Notes: generated by a model from the sequence alone, not told the origin. A DNA stretch of 57,926 nucleotides from a virus (IMGVR_UViG_3300028586_000735:1-57926), one strand, 5' to 3'; positions 9,176 to 17,503 are shown, counted from the first letter of the stretch. Numbers and translations are program-made.

Positions 9176-9912
9176 GCTGATTTCTCCACTTCGACGCCCG
9201 CGATTCGGTTGCGCTGCTTGTCCATTTCAAGCGCGATGCGATCCGCGCCTTTCTTGTCGTTTCGGAGAGTCAGCTTGCGCACCGCCGAGTCGTGAATCTT
9301 CTTGAGTTCGCCGACCGACAGGGCTTTGCTCATTGTCTCGATTGTCGATCTGATGAACTCAAGGCGCTCGTTCTGCTGGCGCTCTTTCTCAGCTTCCTGA
9401 TCCTCCGCCTGCTCGATCATCACTTCATCCCGGCGCTGCTCGACGTAGTTGGCGTCATCAAACATGCCCAGGAACACGTCAGCGCTGAAGCCGAGCATGG
9501 ACAGGGACTTCTTGATGGCGTCTGTCAGAGACTTCTTTGGCGCCTCACCGTCGGTAGTGGTGCCGAACTTCGATTTGTAGAGGTACGGCGTGCACCCGTA
9601 CTGCTCCAACTCGCCGCGCTGCCCATCCTGCTTGAACCAGAACTGAATTTTTACGGTGTGGTTCAGCTCGAAGCCCAGGCTGACGCGCTTGTCACCTTCG
9701 CCGCTGAACATTTCGGCGCCTTTGTCGAAGCGCTCTTCCAGCACAGACCAGCCGAAGCCAATGCCGGCCGGGCCGAAAACTTCGGTGGCCTTCATGATCA
9801 TCGCCGTACCGCTCAGGCTGGTGATCTGCTGGCCGCCGACTTTTGCGGCCTTGGTGTAGCGGGTGTCGGTTTTCTCCACCTGGCTCCAGATGGCTAGGTT
9901 CTTCTCAGACAT
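9172..9912 (-). CDS. Rad52/Sak-like ssDNA-annealing recombinase
   Basis: ATEVFGPAGIGFGW and EAPKKSLTDAIKKSLSMLGFSADVF motifs. Confidence 0.7.
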   Translation of the reverse strand: MSEKNLAIWSQVEKTDTRYTKAAKVGGQQITSLSGTAMIMKATEVFGPAGIGFGWSVLEERFDKGAEMFSGEGDKRVSLGFELNHTVKIQFWFKQDGQRGELEQYGCTPYLYKSKFGTTTDGEAPKKSLTDAIKKSLSMLGFSADVFLGMFDDANYVEQRRDEVMIEQAEDQEAEKERQQNERLEFIRSTIETMSKALSVGELKKIHDSAVRKLTLRNDKKGADRIALEMDKQRNRIAGVEVEKSA

Positions 9913-9967
9913 GAGTTTGTCCTTGCGCCATACCGTCACCGGGGCGCTGCGATTGAATAGGGAAGGG

Positions 9968-10084
9968 TTACTGCGTGATGTGGTCGGCCAGGGACAGCGC
10001 GAGCATCAGGAAGGTGAAGGCGGCGATAACCGGGAAACTGCCAGGCCAGAAGATCAGGCGCCGACGGCGCTGGCCGGCGGTCAT
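9968..10084 (-). CDS. Small membrane peptide (38 aa)
   Basis: Read by hand: MTAGQRRRRLIFWPGSFPVIAAFTFLMLALSLADHITQ; ATGA-coupled to the upstream gene. Confidence 0.55.
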   Translation of the reverse strand: MTAGQRRRRLIFWPGSFPVIAAFTFLMLALSLADHITQ

Positions 10085-10251
10085 TGTCTCGGCCTGACAG
10101 CGAGCCGGCCAGTCTTCACTGCCTCAACCAGCTTCTGAGGAAGCATTCGCACCGGAATATCTCGCGGCAGGCCCGCGGTTACGATACTCAGGCTGCGTTC
10201 GATATCGGCAAGCTGCTCGTCGATCAGGGATTTCACGATTGGCTGGCTCAT
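10081..10251 (-). CDS. Hypothetical phage protein
   Basis: MSQPIVKSLIDEQL; coupled at both ends. Confidence 0.6.
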   Translation of the reverse strand: MSQPIVKSLIDEQLADIERSLSIVTAGLPRDIPVRMLPQKLVEAVKTGRLAVRPRQ

Positions 10252-10766
10252 TGCGACACCTGCTTTCGGTAGCCAGCATCCCATAGCGATGCGGATGAAC
10301 TGGAGCCACTGGCAAAACCAGCTTCAACGATGCGCTGTATTTCAGCGATGCCAGCCAGGCGCTCATCTTCCGCGATCTGCTCAGCAGTGCGGATGGGGCG
10401 CATGCGGCCATGGTCCATTGTATACATGGCTATCTTCTTGCCGAACCGCACAACGCAGAACTCTTCACGCCCTTCAGGGCATTCGCCAACGGCTATGCAC
10501 ACGCCCTTGTGCCACTTCTTGAAGTCTTCACACGCGAAGCCTGCCTCAAGATCTGTACCTTCAGGCGGCAGGCCTTCGCCATTCCAGGCGCCTGGCTGGG
10601 CGACGTAGAACGGATGCTCCGAAACAGGAATCAGGTCCCCCATTTTCCAATCAACATGGCGCCAATATCCCTCAAAAAACCACCAGCAACCCTTTTCATA
10701 TTTCCGGAAGCCCTTTTCACCGCATCCCGACTCAATGTATTGAGTGCCTTCAGGAATCTTGTTCAT
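10248..10766 (-). CDS. Hypothetical phage protein
   Basis: WNGEGLPP.G and RPIRTAEQIAEDER motifs. Confidence 0.7.
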   Translation of the reverse strand: MNKIPEGTQYIESGCGEKGFRKYEKGCWWFFEGYWRHVDWKMGDLIPVSEHPFYVAQPGAWNGEGLPPEGTDLEAGFACEDFKKWHKGVCIAVGECPEGREEFCVVRFGKKIAMYTMDHGRMRPIRTAEQIAEDERLAGIAEIQRIVEAGFASGSSSSASLWDAGYRKQVSQ

Positions 10767-10957
10767 GCCGATCTCCTTGGCGCACACAGAACAGCCTTTC
10801 GCTGACGGGCGCAGTAATGGTCAAATTCTTCGAGGGTGATAGATTCGTTGAGCCAGAACTCAGTGATCCGGCGAAGCGCCTCGATTCCGAGAGGATCGGG
10901 ACCGTCGTAATCACTGATAACCTCAATGAACTTGTCGATGAGGATGTGCGGGCTCAA
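10763..10957 (-). CDS. Hypothetical phage protein
   Basis: Overlapping starts and stops with neighbours. Confidence 0.6.
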   Translation of the reverse strand: MSPHILIDKFIEVISDYDGPDPLGIEALRRITEFWLNESITLEEFDHYCARQRKAVLCAPRRSA

Positions 10958-11355
10958 AGTTCGTCGTCCTCGCGCTGGGCGATAACGCCGTCTGCCGCCA
11001 AGGGCCGAAGTAGGCCCTCTGCAATCTCAAACAGCTTGTCGCGCGGCCTGGCTGTTCCGATGAGGTAGCCAGCCACCGAAGCGCTTGGCTGTCCGTGGAA
11101 GCTGCTCAGGACGATCTGGGCGAAGAAGTCTTCCCGGTCCTCACCATCGATCTGGCGCTGATTCAAATGGTCCTGCAGGGCCGTCAGAAACTCCGCATGA
11201 GTGACCGACCGCTCAGCCTTGCCGCGCCGCTTGAACTTCACGTCCGCACCGTGGATCAGCAAGTCGGCATGCGACTCGACCCACATCCGCTCGGCGGGTG
11301 TGCTGGGGTATACCGGTCTGCCTGTCAGAGGCAACACATTTGCTGCTGCGTTCAT
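10954..11355 (-). CDS. Hypothetical phage protein
   Basis: GGAGG RBS, 133 aa. Confidence 0.7.
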   Translation of the reverse strand: MNAAANVLPLTGRPVYPSTPAERMWVESHADLLIHGADVKFKRRGKAERSVTHAEFLTALQDHLNQRQIDGEDREDFFAQIVLSSFHGQPSASVAGYLIGTARPRDKLFEIAEGLLRPLAADGVIAQREDDEL

Positions 11356-11370
11356 GGTCGCCTCCTAGAC

Positions 11371-11637
11371 TTACCTGATTGACTCGTAACCGCCGCCATC
11401 GCTTGCACCAAAATCCATGTCCGACATTCCGCTCAAAACGTCATCATCATCGAACGGTCCGTTATCTCTATCTGCGCACCGGTCTTTGAATGCTGCGTTT
11501 TGTCCGGTGCTTTTTTCTTGCTTGCTGGCCTTGCACGATTTTGAGCAGAACCTCGCCCATCCTCTTTTTCTGTCAGCAACTCGAGCTGTGAAGGTCGCAT
11601 TGCACCACTTGCAGGCGACATCTACTGTTGAAGCCAT
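11371..11637 (-). CDS. Small zinc-finger protein
   Basis: GGAGG RBS; CKWC...FCSKSC. Confidence 0.7.
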   Translation of the reverse strand: MASTVDVACKWCNATFTARVADRKRGWARFCSKSCKASKQEKSTGQNAAFKDRCADRDNGPFDDDDVLSGMSDMDFGASDGGGYESIR

Positions 11638-11657
11638 GGTCGCCTCCAGGGGCTGGG

Positions 11658-11915
11658 TTATGCGGTGGGCGGGGCGGGCATCGGCTGCCAATGGGTAACG
11701 CCACGACTCAGGTACATTTTCGTGTAAAGCTGCGTTCCGGCCGGATCGACACCGCAAGTCACGTCGCCGAAGTAATCCTGGATGTGGACCATGTCCATTC
11801 CGCCTTTTGGCCATGCATGACGCTCGGCGTGTACGGACGTGCCGTCTGAATAGGCAAGCACTGAGTCATCTTTCAGCTCAGGCAGCCGGTCTTTTACTGA
11901 AATCCATTCGCTCAT
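11658..11915 (-). CDS. DUF551-domain protein
   Basis: MSEWISVKDRLPE...VTHWQPMP. Confidence 0.85.
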   Translation of the reverse strand: MSEWISVKDRLPELKDDSVLAYSDGTSVHAERHAWPKGGMDMVHIQDYFGDVTCGVDPAGTQLYTKMYLSRGVTHWQPMPAPPTA

Positions 11916-12018
11916 TACTCAATCCTCAGTAACTGAACTCCTTCGACTGAACTCTCAAGAACGGGTATCAGCCATACAGGCGCCGGGGTGTGTTCAGTCG
12001 GGGGAGTTCGGGGTGTAG

Positions 12019-12042
12019 AAAAGCCCGAACGTGTCGGGCTTT
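12019..12042. terminator. Intrinsic terminator (AAAGCCCGA..TCGGGCTTT)
   Basis: GC stem with A and T tracts on both sides. Confidence 0.6.
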
Positions 12043-12082
12043 GTGGGTGCATCTGATTTGAAGGTTTTGGGCGGGACGTTGA

Positions 12083-12223
12083 TCACCAGAATGACCTTGC
12101 CCCGCTGGTACATCGCCAGCGCATCACGGGGATGCGCAGTGGATCGGTGGGCAGGCCGTCATCAGGTGGCGGTTCTGGCCGCGCATGACTGAGCGCTGCG
12201 CCGATCAGGAACAGTAGGAGCAT
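12083..12223 (-). CDS. Small protein with hydrophobic N-terminus
   Basis: GGAG RBS; MLLLFLIGAALSHARPEPP. Confidence 0.45.
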   Translation of the reverse strand: MLLLFLIGAALSHARPEPPPDDGLPTDPLRIPVMRWRCTSGARSFW

Positions 12224-12243
12224 GTGATTCTCCGTTTTGGGGT

Positions 12244-12479
12244 AATGCAGAAGGCCGGACGCTACCCCGGCTATGGAACGTTCATGCTCTGTGTAATGGC
12301 CGCAGCGCGTTCGGTATCGCCCGATTGCTCGGCAAGGCTGCAGTACGTCCGAATCCAAGGGCCTGTTTCCGGCTAAAAGGGAGCCGTTACCTACCCACCT
12401 TGGTTCCAACCTCCAAGGAGCGATCCCCATCGAGTCATGTCGTTGATAGCGTGTCTGCTTTCCACGCCGCTTCTGCATT
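12244..12479 (-). ncRNA. tRNA-shaped structured RNA element in the PL transcript
   Basis: 10-bp closing stem AATGCAGAAG/CTTCTGCATT; D-like arm GCGTG-GAAAGCAGA-CACGC; T-like arm GCCGG-GGTAGCGT-CCGGC abutting the closing stem; long central insert. Confidence 0.5.
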
Positions 12480-12524
12480 TGTTGCGGTGATGCAGGGGGC
12501 CGCTTTCGCGGTGTGTACTCATCC

Positions 12525-12645
12525 GCATCGGGGTGTGATCTGCGCTTGTCATCGCAAGGACGCCCATTCAGTACCGGCTCAAGGCCTCAGCGCGCTGACA
12601 ACGCGCCCGGTATGGAGTCGCCTTTCCAGATCACACCCCGATGCG
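12525..12645. repeat. 19-bp perfect inverted repeat closing a branched hairpin
   Basis: CGCATCGGGGTGTGATCTG ... CAGATCACACCCCGATGCG. Confidence 0.85.
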
Positions 12646-12707
12646 CTCTCATAGAGAGGATCGGGCAGTTTTCGTCAGGCTGACGCTGGCGCTGGTTGTT
12701 CTTGCGG

Positions 12708-12986
12708 TCACCGCCAGGGGTAGCCTTGGTATGGTTCGCCAGATAGCCGATGTTCAGCTTGTCCGGCCAGCTTTTCCCACAACGCTTTAAGTCTTTTCCG
12801 TCCGGCCTTTGTGTCTTGGTCTGGAATGACCGTCTTCGCCAATGCAAATCCGCATTCGTCACTGCAGCAACTGAAGCTGTGGCCCCACGCCGAACTGCTC
12901 ATGCGTGCGCCGCCCCATTCGTTTGGCGCATCTTTCGCGCCGCAATGCGGACAATCGTGTGTCAGCAAATACCGTTTTGTTTGCAC
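12708..12986 (-). CDS. Cys-rich hypothetical protein
   Basis: GGAGG RBS, GTG start, CPHC...CCSDEC. Confidence 0.6.
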   Translation of the reverse strand: MQTKRYLLTHDCPHCGAKDAPNEWGGARMSSSAWGHSFSCCSDECGFALAKTVIPDQDTKAGRKRLKALWEKLAGQAEHRLSGEPYQGYPWR

Positions 12987-13557
12987 GTTCGTGCCCTCCG
13001 GTTGATTTCCTGTCTGGCCCTGTCGCCAAGGCCAGCCAGTGAAATCTGGTGCTGCACCGCGACACGCTACTGGCGTCGGTCGCGGCTTTCTGCGTCATCG
13101 GTGGTGGCCCGTTGCCCGCTGCTGATTGCAGGGCTGGCCGGTCGTGGTCGTTGGTTGGCGGTGAGCTTCCTCCCCAGGGCGGCAATCAGCATCTATTCGC
13201 CTTGGATCACGGGTCCCTACAACATGCACGCTGCAGCTCGTTTGCCCGGTAGGTGGGCAGGGTGCATGAGGCCCGGCGTTCCCAGCCGAGGCTATCGGGA
13301 TCGCTAATTCAATTCGGTCTTGCTGGGTTCCGTTATCTGCCACGGTTTCCTGGGCTGCCTTGCGGCTATCTCCACCACGCCAGGTGCGAGTCATCTCTCA
13401 CCAGCGCCGCACATTTCGTGTTCGGTGCATTGCCAGTTTGTCTGCGTGGTTTCGCGTGCTTGCATGTGGAAGCACGGCAGCTGCCAGAGGCTGCATGGAC
13501 GACGGTTTAGCTTTCTCGCCACCGGGTTGGCCGGTACGTCGTTGGTTCACGTCAAAT

Positions 13558-13570
13558 TGTGTAAAGAGCG
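13558..13570 (-). promoter_or_regulatory. boxA antitermination element (nutL-like)
   Basis: Minus strand reads CGCTCTTTACACA about 45 nt downstream of PL. Confidence 0.7.
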
Positions 13571-13619
13571 GTTCGATCCGCTGGGCCTGTTGAGGGGCTG
13601 TTGCGTCTCGATGGAGTGA

Positions 13620-13663
13620 AAATTAGCACTGCTGATAATTGGCTGTCAACAGCACTGCTAATA
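13620..13663 (-). promoter_or_regulatory. PL promoter with two OL operators
   Basis: TTGACA (13644-13649 on the minus strand) and TAATTT; AGCACTGCT palindromes at 13625-13633 and 13651-13659. Confidence 0.8.
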
Positions 13664-13679
13664 TATTTTCACGCGCCCA

Positions 13680-13705
13680 CAAAAAAGCCCGCTCGGCGGC
13701 GGGCT
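13680..13705 (-). terminator. Intrinsic terminator
   Basis: AGCCCGC..GCGGGCT followed by a T tract on the minus strand. Confidence 0.7.
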
Positions 13706-13724
13706 CAATCTATAAAATTTTCGA

Positions 13725-14276
13725 TCAGGCTGGCTCGTGCCTCAGTCTCGCTTCCAGGCGGTAGCGGGATGCAAGGTTCCGGGTTGCCACCTGGGCATCA
13801 TCCTTATCCTCAAAATAACCGCAACGGGCAGTCAGGTTTTCCGGGGGAAGAGATCTCAGCCCCAGCTCTATAAATCTGGAGTTTGCGTTTTCCAAAGCTT
13901 CCACAGATGAGCATTCAACACGGACGGTCCAGCCGCTTGATGGACCAGCAGGATGCGGGGCAGGCGAACTCGATAAGTCAGCACCGCAAAACCTGCATCT
14001 TACAGCGGCAGCCTTGACCGTCTCAGCGCAGAACGGGCATGAACGGGTGTCGACAGCTTCTTGCGGTTCGGGCTGAGAGGCTTTTCGCCCGAAGATCACC
14101 ATCAACAATCCAGCGATCGTGATGATTCCGCCCGTGAGCGTAAGGTTTGATCGGTCAGACATCAGGCCCAGATTGTTGACTCGCCCCAAGCCGGTGGGCA
14201 CCGATATATCCATGCCGATGGCATAGATCAAGCACGCAATACCCGCGATCAAAACAAAAATGCCAAAACTACGCAT
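13725..14276 (-). CDS. Membrane protein with zinc ribbon (immunity-region accessory)
   Basis: Two hydrophobic segments, CPFCAETVKAAAVRCRFCG, small C-terminal domain. Confidence 0.75.
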   Translation of the reverse strand: MRSFGIFVLIAGIACLIYAIGMDISVPTGLGRVNNLGLMSDRSNLTLTGGIITIAGLLMVIFGRKASQPEPQEAVDTRSCPFCAETVKAAAVRCRFCGADLSSSPAPHPAGPSSGWTVRVECSSVEALENANSRFIELGLRSLPPENLTARCGYFEDKDDAQVATRNLASRYRLEARLRHEPA

Positions 14277-14479
14277 CGCCAGTTCTCCCTGAATGATTGG
14301 AGATTTTACCACGCAGGTGAACGACGTCCGATGATCCGCACCCACAAAAAACCACTCACTGGCGGCAAGTCAGATCGGAGGTGTGCAGGTCAGCTGCAGA
14401 TCAGCAAGTCGATGCGGGATGTGCAGGTTGATGCCTGCGCGGGGTGGGGTGATCGGAGGGATTGCCTGGCGCTAGAACG

Positions 14480-14504
14480 AAAAAGCCCGGCGCCGGGCCG
14501 GGCT
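14480..14504 (-). terminator. Intrinsic terminator after the kinase operon
   Basis: AGCCCGGC..GCCGGGCT followed by TTTT on the minus strand. Confidence 0.7.
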
Positions 14505-14518
14505 ACGAGATAGCCTGC

Positions 14519-15394
14519 TTAGGCAACCCTTGGAGTCCACCAGTCGATAGTCTTTAAGGCCAACTCATCTGTAGATGGTGCTTTTATGACTGCAAGGCCG
14601 GATCGCTCAACGCGCTCGAGCTGCTTATCAATGACGTCAGAGACGCGCTTGAATTCTAGATGGTCCATTCCACTTCTTTCATTCGGCACCAGTATCGATA
14701 AAGCCCCAACCCGGTCACTGTTGTTCGACACAAGCGTAAGATCGGAAAAGGCCTGAAGAATGTTTTTCTCAGCGACTACCGGGCTTTTGTACCAAACGGA
14801 CACCACCGACCCAACCGCAGTTGAGCTCAGTAGCGGGACATCTACATCGATCGTGCCATTTTTGAGATGAAGGCGGTAGCGCTCATCTTTAATGATCGCG
14901 GAAGCGCTCAATGCCATTTTTTGCCGCATAATTTGGAATAGTCCATCGCGGAGCTTTGGCGTTGAGGTATATCGGAAAGCCTCACTGCGCGATGTGTCCT
15001 TTGGCCTACCCAGCGTCACGACATCAGAAAAAAACTCCTCAACCACAGCTTCCGGCGAATCACCAGAAGCATAAAGACTGGGTCCAAGCCTGACATTGCT
15101 ACTAATGGTATCAGGCAGCTTATCCTTGCTGGAGAAGATGAACTCCTCGATATCATGCAGATAATGGGTCAGGCTCTTGATATTTACTCGGCCGCCGTAA
15201 AGGCACTTGACACGGTCAAATGTATCAAGCATCCGAACGTCAACCTTTCCTGCATGGCAAAACATTATGCCTACGTTTAAATATTCGTCCGCGTCCTGAT
15301 CTAAACACATCTGAATAGGGCGCCATTGACCATTCACGCGCACCGGCACAGGCGATGACGCAACCTTTTGCTTAAGCCTAGCGAGAATAGTCAT
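14519..15394 (-). CDS. DUF3037-like protein, partner of the HipA-like kinase
   Basis: WRPIQMCLDQDADEYLNVGI resembles the DUF3037 motif; ATGA overlap with the kinase gene. Confidence 0.6.
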   Translation of the reverse strand: MTILARLKQKVASSPVPVRVNGQWRPIQMCLDQDADEYLNVGIMFCHAGKVDVRMLDTFDRVKCLYGGRVNIKSLTHYLHDIEEFIFSSKDKLPDTISSNVRLGPSLYASGDSPEAVVEEFFSDVVTLGRPKDTSRSEAFRYTSTPKLRDGLFQIMRQKMALSASAIIKDERYRLHLKNGTIDVDVPLLSSTAVGSVVSVWYKSPVVAEKNILQAFSDLTLVSNNSDRVGALSILVPNERSGMDHLEFKRVSDVIDKQLERVERSGLAVIKAPSTDELALKTIDWWTPRVA

Positions 15395-16266
15395 ATCATT
15401 AGCCCTACTTTGGCGCTGTATTGCCCAGGATCCAGCCGAGAAGCTAGGAATTCTAGCACCAGTTCGACCTCGGGGGGATCCATGAATTCAGATAAAACAG
15501 AGCTGGCCTGGCTCCTTCCGTTCGTCTGCCAAGCAACTGAAAAAGACTTGTAGGCTAAATTCCGCGCAGATCGGATAGGGCTTCTTTCACTCCATGATGG
15601 CACGAAGCTTTCGATCAGGTCGATTAAGGCATTACGGACCGGGAGCGGGCTGGACTCGAGCCTATCCGGAGACCATGTAGGCGTTCTGAAAATTCTTCCG
15701 TGGTCTATCAGCAGCAAATTAGCCGCAGCAGATCCAAGCAGGTTCCCGAGGTGGCGATCACTATTCTCCACCCACTCGTCGAACGAAGCTATTTTCGGCG
15801 AAACCTTGTTCGACGAAAGATCAATGGCGATTCTCGCTCTATTTCTCTGCTGCACCAGATCTGGAGCATCAGACGGACATTCCACCATGAGGGCGTCTAG
15901 CCTCATATCTTCAGAAAACCAAGCTAGGTATTCGTCTTGAGATGTTCCGGTGGCGTCCTGAGATGCTAGCTTCGCAAGCACTGATTCGGGTAGTTGGTCA
16001 GCAGTTAGGACGATTGCTCCGGCGCGACTGGCGACATCGAACCCGCAGGACTGTGCAAGTGAATACCCTAGGGCTTCACTGATAACTGATCGGTTTTCGG
16101 CGCTGCTTCCATTAGGCAAGCCTATAAGAGTGGCGAACGGCTTTATGTAGCACCTGGCGGCCGTTTCGCCGACTTGTATTCTTCCCCTGAACAGTACGCT
16201 TTCGCCGGCCTGAGCGGCATCCCTCAGCGTGCCTAGAAACGAGTCGCTTCCTAAAATCTCTAGCAT
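15391..16266 (-). CDS. HipA-like (PI3/4K-fold) Ser/Thr kinase
   Basis: YIK (ATP-binding Lys), SEALGYSLA, FDEWVENSDRHLGNLL catalytic loop, LIDHG Mg-binding motif. Confidence 0.85.
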   Translation of the reverse strand: MLEILGSDSFLGTLRDAAQAGESVLFRGRIQVGETAARCYIKPFATLIGLPNGSSAENRSVISEALGYSLAQSCGFDVASRAGAIVLTADQLPESVLAKLASQDATGTSQDEYLAWFSEDMRLDALMVECPSDAPDLVQQRNRARIAIDLSSNKVSPKIASFDEWVENSDRHLGNLLGSAAANLLLIDHGRIFRTPTWSPDRLESSPLPVRNALIDLIESFVPSWSERSPIRSARNLAYKSFSVAWQTNGRSQASSVLSEFMDPPEVELVLEFLASRLDPGQYSAKVGLMI

Positions 16267-16337
16267 GGTCTTTCCCTGAAAATTGATCCATAAAGGGGCG
16301 CCTCATAAGCCCGCACCGGTTCCGGCCTTAGCTTCGA

Positions 16338-16565
16338 CTACTCAGCCCGTTCCCGCAAAATCCGCCCATCCTTCACCTCATCCGCACAAGCCCTGAGTGC
16401 ATCAATCTGTGCGTGTAGCGCGGCGATTCTCTCCATGGCTGCGATCAGCGCGGCATCACCATGGCCCTGCGCCTCACGGAATAGATCGTGCGCCATATCA
16501 TCCAGTGCGGCAGCAGCAGCCTTCAGGTCGTGCCTTAGCTGCTGATTCGGTTTGTTGAGTGCCAT
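16338..16565 (-). CDS. Small helical protein downstream of cI
   Basis: GGAGG RBS overlapping the cI stop; 75 aa. Confidence 0.7.
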   Translation of the reverse strand: MALNKPNQQLRHDLKAAAAALDDMAHDLFREAQGHGDAALIAAMERIAALHAQIDALRACADEVKDGRILRERAE

Positions 16566-16573
16566 GTGACCTC

Positions 16574-17389
16574 CTACAAATCCCCGCCGCGCCAGATCAC
16601 CCGGCCGACGATCTGGTGTTCGTTCTGCTCACTACGCCTGAAGGTTCGATCATCGAATAAGGCCTTGTCCGCGTTGTCGCTACGGAGAAGCCACATATCG
16701 AAAGCAGCCTTGACCAGGCGCTTCACCATCGTGCCGTCTGTAACGCTCTCGATCACGAACACACCGTTGTCGATGGGTTCGACCTGCGAGCTGTCCACCA
16801 GTAGAACGTCCTGATGACTGATCGTTGGCCACATGCTTTCTCCGCTCGCGTAGATCACACGCAGGTTCTTGGGCTGAACGCCTTTAGCCTTCAGCCATTC
16901 CTTTTTGAATGCCAGGGTGCTGCGAATCTCGACGTGTGGGTTGTCGTGGCCAGTACCGGCGGCGGCCATTGCCGTGTACTGGGGGATGAAGGAATAGCTG
17001 CTATCCAGATCAATCTCTTTCTCGCCGCCTGCGGGGATGGGCGTGCTCGCCACGACGGCATCGGCGGTGCGAGGATTTGACTGCGTTTCATCCACAGCTC
17101 GGACGATACCGTTGGCGAGGGTCGGACTAACCTCCTCAAGCCTGAAGTCAAGCGCAGCCGCGAGCTTAACCAGCGCATCGAGATTCAAAGCTACCTTGCC
17201 GTTCGCGTACTGGCTGAACGCGCTCTGGGGTGAATTCCACCCGCAGCGCTCACCGACCTCGGCCTGATTTAGGGTAGGCACATCGCCGCGAGCCTTGGAT
17301 TCTTGGACGCGCCGCTTGTAAAGGGCGCGCAACCGCTCGGCGTCGGCTTCCTGCCAATCTTCCAGCGGTGTTCTGGTTGGTTTCTTCAT
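16574..17389 (-). CDS. cI: CI repressor (HTH plus S24 peptidase)
   Basis: HTH QAEVGERCGWNSPQSAFSQYANG; AAAG cleavage site; GESM serine; VKRL lysine. Confidence 0.95.
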   Translation of the reverse strand: MKKPTRTPLEDWQEADAERLRALYKRRVQESKARGDVPTLNQAEVGERCGWNSPQSAFSQYANGKVALNLDALVKLAAALDFRLEEVSPTLANGIVRAVDETQSNPRTADAVVASTPIPAGGEKEIDLDSSYSFIPQYTAMAAAGTGHDNPHVEIRSTLAFKKEWLKAKGVQPKNLRVIYASGESMWPTISHQDVLLVDSSQVEPIDNGVFVIESVTDGTMVKRLVKAAFDMWLLRSDNADKALFDDRTFRRSEQNEHQIVGRVIWRGGDL

Positions 17390-17396
17390 GTGCGCG

Positions 17397-17476
17397 ATTA
17401 AGTAGCAGCGCTGATAGTTAATCAAACAGCACTGCTAATCCTTTCCTTGTTTTTTATAAAACAGCAGTGCTAATAT
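17397..17476. promoter_or_regulatory. OR region: three operators, PRM and PR
   Basis: AGCAGCGCT 17404-17412, AGCACTGCT 17428-17436, AGCAGTGCT 17463-17471; PR TTGTTT..TAATAT; PRM TTGATT-17-CTTAAT on the minus strand. Confidence 0.8.
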
Positions 17477-17503
17477 CCAGACAAACCCATCAGAGATACG
17501 CCA

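Noticed and set aside
12244-12479. Canonical tRNA, tmRNA or intron-containing tRNA
   Set aside because: No TTCGA T-loop, anticodon loop or tag reading frame recognised, and no group I intron core seen; kept only as tRNA-shaped.
12750-13619. Several 60-185 aa ORFs in the PL leader
   Set aside because: No convincing RBS or protein-like composition; the region is better explained as structured RNA.
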